NCBI GenBank assembly: GCA_964600655.1
Contig: CAZRMA010000001.1
Coordinates: forward strand, 1-42,861
Direction of reading: 5' to 3'
DNA from: an uncultured Ignavibacteriaceae bacterium
GTDB lineage: Bacteria > Bacteroidota > Ignavibacteria > Ignavibacteriales > Ignavibacteriaceae
Length of the DNA: 42,861 bases
The stretch's first letter is position 1, and each line of letters begins with the position of its first letter. A program made the position numbers and the translations under genes. Shown here one piece after another: positions 35,695 through 42,861 of this stretch. Under the pieces are notes generated by a model. That model ran no database searches. It was not told the DNA's origin and was given only the letters and a program-made list of their open reading frames with translations.

Positions 35695-36621
35695 TTAAAT
35701 GATTAATTTATTTTTGGGACAATGGTTTTCTAAATACACTGCCAATTCATCAGGAAGTGGATTCCAGAAAATACCATTATATTTGTCTTTAAAATACTCC
35801 AGCAATTCAACATAGTATTTTTTAGAGAACTCTTCATTTTTGTTTTTTCCATTACCCAAATTGATATAATCCGGATGTACATTCAATAACACCATTCCCT
35901 CTTTTTCAACTATCCAATCGACTTTCTTTTTCCATATATCAATATTTTCTTTCATAAGTATCAATAGTGTAAAATCCTGAACTAGTGTATAAGGTAATTC
36001 CCAATATCCTTGATCGCTTCCATCTTTAGAAACAAAAAAAGGGAAAATGGTTTCCACGCCATCAGATTGAGGCTCGAAAGGATCTGTATCGAAAGTTGAA
36101 AGATCATATTTAATATTAAGGTCCTGAATCCACTCGAGGTTATGGTGCATTGCGGGAGCTCTAAAACCAGTTACATTCCATTGTTTTATATACTCGTTAA
36201 TTTTTTTTGCTCTTTCATCAAATATTTTTTTAGTTGAAAAAAGCTTCCCATCATGATTTAATCCATGCATTCCCACCTCAAAGCCGCGCTTTACCAGCTC
36301 ATCCCTAACTTCAGGAGAAACATTATATCTCTCAGGCACAAAGTTAAATGAAGAGCGAAAACCCAATTTATTTTCGAGTTCACTTAGCTGAATGCATTTA
36401 TCATGTCCACCCTGGTGCTCAACATCATGTGTTAAAACTACTGCAAACTTCTTATTATCCGCCCAGCCCGGCCATCCATCAGGTTTTTTACCGGATTTCT
36501 CAAGTATTGGCCATATATCTTTATATTTTTTTCTTTGGATGGCAACAAGCCTTCTTCGTAAAAAAACTTGAAACGCTCTTGGCAATATTGGTTTTAAAAT
36601 GTAAAATATTTTTTTAGTCAT
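35695..36621 (-). CDS. Polysaccharide deacetylase-like protein (CE4/NodB-like)
   Basis: 308 aa. VVLTHDVEHQGG and GFEVGMHGLNHDG resemble the metal-binding Asp/His motifs of CE4-type deacetylases. Confidence 0.6.
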   Translation of the reverse strand: MTKKIFYILKPILPRAFQVFLRRRLVAIQRKKYKDIWPILEKSGKKPDGWPGWADNKKFAVVLTHDVEHQGGHDKCIQLSELENKLGFRSSFNFVPERYNVSPEVRDELVKRGFEVGMHGLNHDGKLFSTKKIFDERAKKINEYIKQWNVTGFRAPAMHHNLEWIQDLNIKYDLSTFDTDPFEPQSDGVETIFPFFVSKDGSDQGYWELPYTLVQDFTLLILMKENIDIWKKKVDWIVEKEGMVLLNVHPDYINLGNGKNKNEEFSKKYYVELLEYFKDKYNGIFWNPLPDELAVYLENHCPKNKLII

Positions 36622-36659
36622 GGTTGATTATTTAATTTTTTAAAAGCTTAAAATGAATA

Positions 36660-38246
36660 TTATTGCAGTATGATCATTTTTCTTGAAACAATAAAATTGT
36701 CCGACGCGAGAACATAGAGATACATGCCGCTCGCCAGATTTGAACCATTAAATTCAACAGAATATTTGCCAGCAGCCTGGAATTCATTTTTCAATGTAGT
36801 CACCTCTCTGCCTAATAAATCATAAACTTTTAATGATATGTGACTTCCTTTTGGCAATGAGTATTCAATTTTTGTTGTGGGATTAAATGGATTTGGATAA
36901 TTTTGATTTAATACAATATTTGATGCAGTAGAAAAATCAAAATTAATTGCATTTGAATATTCTATTTTACCATCATTATCCACCTGTTTTAATCTATAAT
37001 AAACTTTCCCCAAAGGTGGACCATTATCAATGTAAGAATAATTTTTTGGTGCATTGCTATTACCATTGCCATTTACAAACCCAATTTTTTTCCAGTAATT
37101 ATTATCTGTTGATCGTTCTATTTCAAATCCGTAATTATTTAATTCAGTCTCAGTTCTCCACTTTAAGAGAATTTTATCATTCTCCATTGTCCCGGTAAAT
37201 AGGCTTAACTCAACAGGCAAAAGTGATTGGAAATCATAAAACAAGGCAAAATTGCTATTACTACCGCTCTTAAACGCACCGAGAGAAGGAGAATAAGTGC
37301 TGACATATATTGAATCTTTAAGAGGCTTAAATTTCATAACTCTAAAATAACCGTTACCTCCATTTGCAAAGTCCTGATAATCAGACAATAGAATATGAAC
37401 TGGTTTACCAGCATCATTATAATCAATTCTTCTACCATCCTGTGTATAGTGACCGCACAACATTAAAAAGAGATTTGAATTACTTTTTAGAGAATCAAAA
37501 ATAGCCTGTCCTTGAGAAGAAAAAGCAACATTTGTACCACTATCATTATCAAGTATTTTGTGACTAACAATTATCCCCAACCTATCGATATGAGCAGATA
37601 GAAGACTATCAGCCCAATGCAAAGCATCCGGATTATAATCGTGTTCACCATACTTTATATAAATAACAATAAATTTCAATAGGCCAACTTGAAAAAAATC
37701 ATAATGATTATCATTATTACTTCCATAATGGCCTGCATAATAATTACGACCGTTAAATCTGTCTACGCCGAAGTAAGTATTATATAGTACTGTTGTACCA
37801 TGATCCCAGGGAGTCATATCGTGATTGCCAACAGCAATGCCATATGGTATACCATCAGTCAAACCTGTTGTAGAAGGATTTTCAAGATATAACATCGCAC
37901 CCGACGCATTTATCCATTCCTGCTCAACATCATCACCATTTTGAACACAATCACCAAGATGGGCAACGTACACAATACTTGAGTCCACACGATTATTTAC
38001 AATCCAGTTTGTCTGGGCAATAAAAGTTGAAATACTCCCGCTGCCTTGCCCTGATCCTGATTCTTGTAAATTCTCCGAATAAAACTGTGTATCAGGCAAG
38101 CCAATTATTGTGAATTGTGATTGCGAAAAAATTGGCGAAATTGATAATAAGAAAATCACCAAAATGAAAAATTTTAATTTCAGAATAATTTTCTGGCTAA
38201 CTAGATTCATTTCTACCCCCATATAAAAATTTGTAACAGATTTCAT
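36660..38246 (-). CDS. Secreted metallophosphoesterase-like protein with Fn3-like plus T9SS C-terminal module (distant fourth member)
   Basis: 528 aa. IIGLPDTQFY, HLGDCVQNGD, VGNHDM, VSHKIL and CGHYTQDG. C-terminal LPVELSLFTG...LNNYGFEIER...LNQNYPNPFNPTTKIEYSL...GMYLYVLASDNFIVSRKMIILQ. The real start is probably the internal Met (MNLVSQK...), which would give a signal peptide. Confidence 0.65.
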   Translation of the reverse strand: MKSVTNFYMGVEMNLVSQKIILKLKFFILVIFLLSISPIFSQSQFTIIGLPDTQFYSENLQESGSGQGSGSISTFIAQTNWIVNNRVDSSIVYVAHLGDCVQNGDDVEQEWINASGAMLYLENPSTTGLTDGIPYGIAVGNHDMTPWDHGTTVLYNTYFGVDRFNGRNYYAGHYGSNNDNHYDFFQVGLLKFIVIYIKYGEHDYNPDALHWADSLLSAHIDRLGIIVSHKILDNDSGTNVAFSSQGQAIFDSLKSNSNLFLMLCGHYTQDGRRIDYNDAGKPVHILLSDYQDFANGGNGYFRVMKFKPLKDSIYVSTYSPSLGAFKSGSNSNFALFYDFQSLLPVELSLFTGTMENDKILLKWRTETELNNYGFEIERSTDNNYWKKIGFVNGNGNSNAPKNYSYIDNGPPLGKVYYRLKQVDNDGKIEYSNAINFDFSTASNIVLNQNYPNPFNPTTKIEYSLPKGSHISLKVYDLLGREVTTLKNEFQAAGKYSVEFNGSNLASGMYLYVLASDNFIVSRKMIILQ

Positions 38247-38535
38247 TTTATTATTATAAAGATATAAAAAGCCACACTTAAGGATAACATTTCTTAAACG
38301 GTTAAATTCACTATAAAAATTTTAGAGCATTTAGTGTACTAACAACAATGCATAATTTTATTTATTTATAAAAAAATTTATGCTAATTCAATTTACCTAA
38401 CACCAGTCTGACCCACAAAAGTGTGACTACTTTTTTATTACTCCTTATTTAAAGAGATAAATGGTGAAAGATTAATTAAGCCTTTATGTTTATGTGAGAT
38501 CACCTAAAATATTGTTAAAAACCTCTACTAATTTT

Positions 38536-38575
38536 TTTAAAAAAAACACTCCATTATTAATTCTTCTTGGAGTGT
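38536..38575 (-). terminator. Rho-independent terminator after the Wzc-like gene
   Basis: aacactcca (38544-38552) pairs with tggagtgtt (38567-38575) around a 14 nt loop. On the minus strand it is followed by a T8 run. It lies about 60 nt after the stop at 38638. Confidence 0.6.
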
Positions 38576-38637
38576 TATTTCAATAATAATTTTTTTTGAA
38601 TTAAAGTATTTAAATAATACTTATTACTGACAATAGC

Positions 38638-41217
38638 TTAGGACTCATCTTTATTTAACTGCAAATGATTAAGAATCCTACTGATTTTAATTTTTTTATA
38701 AACTGTTTTGCTAAAATTAGGATTTTTACTTTTACCATTTTTATTATTATAAGAGTATTCATAACCATATCCATAGCCATATTTGTACTTGAATGATGTT
38801 TTCTCAATTTCACAAGCATTAACTATAGCCCCGGAAATATTTATATTTTCGTTTCTTAATTCCTGCAAACCTGCTAAAGCAGTATCTTTTAATGTATAAT
38901 TATACCTCGTAATCATAATAACATTTTCAACCATTCTACTTAGTATTAATGTATCAACTACTCTAGTAACAGGAGGCGTATCAATCAAAATATAATCATA
39001 GAAACTTGATTTTAAATCATTAATTAAATCACTTGCTTTTTGAGATTGAAATAAACTGCTAGATTTTTCACTTATTTCACCAGATGGCAAAAAGCTAATT
39101 TCACCAACTTCTGACAAATCTTTAGTAAATCCGTTTAATTTAAAGATAGGTAACCTTCTTAAATCTTCATCTAAAAAAGTACTTAGTCCGGGGTTTTCTC
39201 TCGAAACCTCAAATAAGTCAGTTAATCCACATCTTTTTAGATCAGCGTCAATAATTAGCACTTTTTTATTAGAGCTGGCTAGAGTAATTGCCAAATTAGC
39301 TACAATTGTTGTTTTTCCACTATGTTCTTCCGGGCTGGTAAATAAAATAATCTTACTATTATTTTTAAGTGAAAATAATAGCTTTGTTTGAAGAACTCTA
39401 TATGACTCAATTATGCCAAAATTCTCCTTTTGTAATACTGCAAACTTATCTTCTAAAGTCTCGGAATTATTTATCTTTTTTTCCAATTCCTTTGGAAATT
39501 TAGGAATTATTGAAAGGATGGGTAATTGCAATTCGTTTTCAATCTCACTGAGCTTGAGCAATCTTCTTTCCCCGAATTCACCAATAAACACATAACCTAT
39601 TACGAATGCCCCCCATAAAAATAGACATATAACAAAAATAATTTTGAGATTAGGTGAAATTGGAAGTAATGGAAAATCAGCCGGATCTACTATAAGAATA
39701 TCCTGTAAATGTGATATCTCTTTAACTCTCAGCTCTTCCCTTTTATTGAGCAAAATATTAAACATTTTTTCTGCACTTTCTGCATTTCTCGCAAGACCAG
39801 CAAGTTCAGTTTCTTCCTTAGGGACACTATGAATCTTTGCCTGATATTTAGCAATTAGACTTTCCAAATTCGCTTTTTTATCTTTCAAAGTATTGATAAT
39901 TATTTTATAAGAAGCTAAAGTGTTTTTATTATAGGATTTTAATTTAACTTTTAACTGTTCAATCTGTTGATTAATGTTAATAATATCTGGGTGATTTTCG
40001 CTCTTCTTTTGAAGTTCAACTATTTTTTTTACCTCCAAGTCAGACAATTTTTTTAATGTTTCAGAGAATGGAGATTGTGACTGACTTTGGTTATCTGGTG
40101 TTAAAAATGTTTGATCAAAATAACCATTGTCTTTATAGCTGCTTTCAATTTCCTTTACTTTCGCTTCATATTCACTTAATTCAAGGTCATTGGCTATCTT
40201 CTGGGACTGCAATCCTGACAGGAAACTTACAAGATCAGCAGAACCTTTATCCAAATCTGTTATTCCAGTTCTTGACTTATATGCACTTACCTTATCTTCC
40301 GCATCCTTGAGTTGTTGGGCCATATCATTTAATTGTTTATCCACAAACTTGTAGGATTCCTGAATATTTTTTCTTGCAAGTTCGGTTCTTGTCTTTATAA
40401 ATTCCTGAATTAGGGTATTTGCTATTAATTGAGCCATTTCAGGTGATTTATCGTCTACCTTAATTTGAATTATGTTAGTTTTATCAACCTGGGATATTTT
40501 TAACTTTTTATTTAATGCGTTTGTTGATGCAAGAGAACCGGAAACAGCAAAAAATAACTTTGTTCCAGGAATACATCTTTGCCAATCGATTTTTAAATGA
40601 AAAGCATTAGAACTTATTTCTGTTGGATTGCCAGCTTTTTTTGAATTAACCAGTTTATTTGTTTTTGCATTATATAACTCTATATATCCAGAATTAATAA
40701 CAACATAATAACTATTATTTGCGGCATCATCCAAAGAATCAACCTGGGCGTCCAGAATTTTCGGGTATTTTAGGCTGTCTATTCCCTCATCCATTAACCA
40801 CCGATGATACGCAGTAAGTTCTAAATTTAAGTCGATTTTTTTGTCATCAGGAAATTGAATCTCATTAATTAAGAAATTTAGTTTGAGCCGATTTACTACG
40901 TTAGATAAAACGACCCTTGTATTTATTAGTTGTAGTTCGGTTTCAATATCATCTAATGATTGATTAGCAATCAACTTTAAATATTGATCCTCGGCATTTT
41001 GATTTTTGGGTTGTTCTTCTTTTTTCAATAAAATTGTAGATTCATAAATTGGGCTTTTGGTTTTATAAAAAATTCCCCCGAATATAAATATTATTACAAA
41101 CGCAATTGCTATAGGCCATTTTCGTTTGTTAAAGGCAATAATTAAAGCATCAATATTTGTCTGACTTGCAGATTGAGCATTTGAATTAACCGACCTATTG
41201 CTTTGTCTTTCACTCAT
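38638..41217 (-). CDS. wzc: Polysaccharide co-polymerase / bacterial tyrosine autokinase (Wzc/GumC-like)
   Basis: 859 aa. N-terminal TM segment, a long coiled-coil periplasmic region and a second TM segment. Cytoplasmic P-loop kinase domain (FTSPEEHSGKTTIVANLAITLA, VLIIDADLKR, ILIDTPP) and a C-terminal Tyr cluster YKYGYGYGYEYSY. Confidence 0.85.
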   Translation of the reverse strand: MSERQSNRSVNSNAQSASQTNIDALIIAFNKRKWPIAIAFVIIFIFGGIFYKTKSPIYESTILLKKEEQPKNQNAEDQYLKLIANQSLDDIETELQLINTRVVLSNVVNRLKLNFLINEIQFPDDKKIDLNLELTAYHRWLMDEGIDSLKYPKILDAQVDSLDDAANNSYYVVINSGYIELYNAKTNKLVNSKKAGNPTEISSNAFHLKIDWQRCIPGTKLFFAVSGSLASTNALNKKLKISQVDKTNIIQIKVDDKSPEMAQLIANTLIQEFIKTRTELARKNIQESYKFVDKQLNDMAQQLKDAEDKVSAYKSRTGITDLDKGSADLVSFLSGLQSQKIANDLELSEYEAKVKEIESSYKDNGYFDQTFLTPDNQSQSQSPFSETLKKLSDLEVKKIVELQKKSENHPDIININQQIEQLKVKLKSYNKNTLASYKIIINTLKDKKANLESLIAKYQAKIHSVPKEETELAGLARNAESAEKMFNILLNKREELRVKEISHLQDILIVDPADFPLLPISPNLKIIFVICLFLWGAFVIGYVFIGEFGERRLLKLSEIENELQLPILSIIPKFPKELEKKINNSETLEDKFAVLQKENFGIIESYRVLQTKLLFSLKNNSKIILFTSPEEHSGKTTIVANLAITLASSNKKVLIIDADLKRCGLTDLFEVSRENPGLSTFLDEDLRRLPIFKLNGFTKDLSEVGEISFLPSGEISEKSSSLFQSQKASDLINDLKSSFYDYILIDTPPVTRVVDTLILSRMVENVIMITRYNYTLKDTALAGLQELRNENINISGAIVNACEIEKTSFKYKYGYGYGYEYSYNNKNGKSKNPNFSKTVYKKIKISRILNHLQLNKDES

Positions 41218-41237
41218 TTAATTTCCTTATTTTCCCT

Positions 41238-41852
41238 TCACTTTTTGCTTGTATAAATTATTGCAACTATTAATGCTGTCAAAGTGCTCAACGCAGCAAT
41301 AAGAATTGCTTGGTTTGCACCACTAAACCATTTTCTAGGCACATAAACTTGATCACCTGACTGCAATCCAATATCATTATCTTTATTCCCACTTTCAATT
41401 ATTTTTTCTCCATCAATACTGATTTCTTTTCCATTTCGAGTCAAAGTTATATTACTAACTTTGGCATCGGGAGTTGGACCTCCAGCCATTGCAATTAAAT
41501 CTGTTAATTTATCTGTCCCAGTAGCATAATAATATCCTGGCTTAAAGACCTCACCAAATATATTAACTCTAACTACTGGTAAAATAGTTAATTCTGGATT
41601 CCTGTAAATATTACTATATTTATTATGAATTTCTTGCTTGATACTATCGATATTACGGTTAGCAACCTTTATCTCTCCCAAGTAAGGAAGTGAGACATAT
41701 CCATTTTCCTGAATATTATATTGCCCTGATAGCGAATCTGAAATGTTATAAAATACTAGTCTTAGTCCATCCCCAGGATTTAATGACTGTGCCTCTACAT
41801 TTATTCCAAAAAACATTACCAATAAGAATATTCTTGATAACAATCTTTTCAT
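41238..41852 (-). CDS. Polysaccharide export protein (Wza-like Poly_export plus SLBB domains)
   Basis: 204 aa with a signal peptide. LNPGDGLRLVF near the N-terminus and LQSGDQVYVPRKWF near the C-terminus are typical of the family. C-terminal hydrophobic helix. It ends 20 nt before the wzc start. Confidence 0.75.
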   Translation of the reverse strand: MKRLLSRIFLLVMFFGINVEAQSLNPGDGLRLVFYNISDSLSGQYNIQENGYVSLPYLGEIKVANRNIDSIKQEIHNKYSNIYRNPELTILPVVRVNIFGEVFKPGYYYATGTDKLTDLIAMAGGPTPDAKVSNITLTRNGKEISIDGEKIIESGNKDNDIGLQSGDQVYVPRKWFSGANQAILIAALSTLTALIVAIIYTSKK

Positions 41853-41954
41853 TATAACCTCATTAAGGGATGATTTTTAGAATATTAAAGAGCATTTCAA
41901 ATTTAATATATAAATTGAAATTGTCTTAAGTATATAAGATAATATCATTTTGGA

Positions 41955-42431
41955 TTATAAAACAGGGATTTCTTTAATCACATGTGCGGGTACACCTGCA
42001 ACGATTGTATTTGGCGGAACATCTTTAGTTACGACAGCTCCTGCTCCAACAACGGCATTTTCACCAATTGTAACCCCACACAATATAGTTGCCGAGGAAC
42101 CTACTGAAGCGTTCTTTTTGATAAATGTTTTAACCACTGCCCAGTCTTCCTCTGTTTGTAACTCTCCACCATCATTAACTGAATGAGGATATTTATCATT
42201 AATAAATGTAACATTGTGCCCTATAAATACATTATCTTCTATATGAACTCCTTCGCAAATAAAAGTATGTGATGAGATTTTACATCTTTTTCCTATTGTT
42301 ACATTTTTCTGGATTTCGACAAAAGAGCCAATTTTTGTATTATCATCGATGGAACATCCATATAGATTAACAAAATTGAATATTTTAACATCTTTACCAA
42401 GCTTAACATTATTTATTATCTGGTTTTCCAT
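41955..42431 (-). CDS. Left-handed beta-helix (hexapeptide) sugar N-acetyltransferase
   Basis: 158 aa. Imperfect hexapeptide repeats (VKIFNFVNLYGCSIDDNTKIGSFVEIQKNVTIGKRCKISSHTFICEGVHIEDNVFIGHNVTF...VGSSATILCGVTIGENAVVGAGAVVTKDVPPNTIVAGVPA). Confidence 0.8.
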   Translation of the reverse strand: MENQIINNVKLGKDVKIFNFVNLYGCSIDDNTKIGSFVEIQKNVTIGKRCKISSHTFICEGVHIEDNVFIGHNVTFINDKYPHSVNDGGELQTEEDWAVVKTFIKKNASVGSSATILCGVTIGENAVVGAGAVVTKDVPPNTIVAGVPAHVIKEIPVL

Positions 42432-42466
42432 TTACCACTCCGGGTGATTTACTCTTATTATAATTT

Positions 42467-42861
42467 CTATTGAATATACTCTTCTATCTTTATTTTCGAC
42501 TTTATTTGTTTTGGTTGCTGTTTATTTATTGCCACATAGGCGCCGGTATTTTTGATTGAAACATCCGAAGCTTCCAAGATTTTTACAATTTCCAAACCAT
42601 CGTAAGCATTTGTTAAAGGTTGTCTGTCATTAATTATGCAACTTACAAATTCTGTAGTTGCAGCACTTAGAGCTTCAACCTGTTCTATTTTAGGTGAACA
42701 CATATCACCTGTCCTATATTGAACTAATGTATCATGCAAACTCTCCGCTGTAGAAACATCAACACTGCTGTTATAAATTTTTATTTTTTCAGAATTTTCC
42801 ATATCATCATAAACCAGCATTTTCTTGTTACCAGCAATTATCATTTTCCTTATTTTAACAG
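42467..42861 (-). CDS. Gfo/Idh/MocA-family sugar oxidoreductase, C-terminal part (gene start lies beyond the right edge)
   Basis: The reading frame is open to the window end. ...KKMLVYDDMENSEKIKIYN...YRTGDMCSPKIEQVEALSAATTEFVSCIINDRQPLTNAYDGLEIVKILEA is a typical C-terminal alpha/beta domain of this family. The Met at 42844 is probably internal. Confidence 0.7.
   Translation of the reverse strand, partial: VKIRKMIIAGNKKMLVYDDMENSEKIKIYNSSVDVSTAESLHDTLVQYRTGDMCSPKIEQVEALSAATTEFVSCIINDRQPLTNAYDGLEIVKILEASDVSIKNTGAYVAINKQQPKQIKSKIKIEEYIQ

Noticed and set aside
39413-40310. Three plus-strand ORFs inside the Wzc region (39413..39595, 39644..39832, 40056..40310)
   Set aside because: They are antisense to an 859 aa ORF with clear BY-kinase motifs. 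Their serine/leucine-rich low-complexity translations are typical of shadow frames.
41950-42186. 78 aa plus-strand ORF rich in G/T/A/P
   Set aside because: It is the reverse frame of a hexapeptide-repeat acetyltransferase. Such repeats regularly give long open antisense frames. The same applies to 15896..16123, opposite wbpD.
1-42861. Mobile elements, CRISPR arrays, defence systems, rRNA/tRNA genes
   Set aside because: No transposase, integrase or recombinase-like ORFs. No regularly spaced short repeats. No inverted terminal repeats flanking a segment. No structured-RNA gene signatures were found on either strand. The only large repeat is the beta-helix gene duplication.

Overview
AT-rich window of about 43 kb (roughly 30% GC by eye) with dense coding. 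I saw no rRNA, tRNA, CRISPR array, transposase or integrase. Six encoded proteins end in a '...NPFNPST...' beta-sandwich tail typical of type IX secretion (T9SS) cargo, so the source is probably an FCB-group bacterium (Ignavibacteriota/Bacteroidota-like); this is inference.

Layout:
(1) 1-3204: the 5' part of a hybrid NRPS-PKS gene (A-T-KS, running off the left edge) plus an Sfp-type phosphopantetheinyl transferase.
(2) 3841-8367: a GNAT acetyltransferase and two secreted beta-helix paralogs. These paralogs share a near-perfect ~1.05 kb repeat covering leader and N-terminal half, but have diverged C-terminal halves.
(3) 8417-42861: a large Wzx/Wzy-type polysaccharide locus. It encodes Wza-like, Wzc-like BY-kinase, Wzx and Wzy/O-antigen-ligase-like proteins, GT2 and GT4 transferases, WbpB/WbpD-like diacetamido-uronic-acid enzymes and several deacetylase-like proteins.

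Embedded in that locus are:
(a) A complete PAPS supply and use cassette: sulfotransferase, CysQ, ATP sulfurylase and APS kinase. The ATP sulfurylase is fused to an apparently catalytically intact pyruvate-kinase-like domain.
(b) Three tandem purple-acid-phosphatase-like T9SS cargo genes, plus a fourth more distant one.
(c) An uncharacterised four-gene cassette: ATP-grasp, PHP, deacetylase-like and DmfA2-like.

The strongest candidates for new biology are the PK-ATP-sulfurylase fusion in its sulfation operon, and the ATP-grasp/PHP/deacetylase/DmfA2-like cassette.

All calls rest on reading motifs in the supplied translations and my own translation of the left-edge gene. No database search was run.
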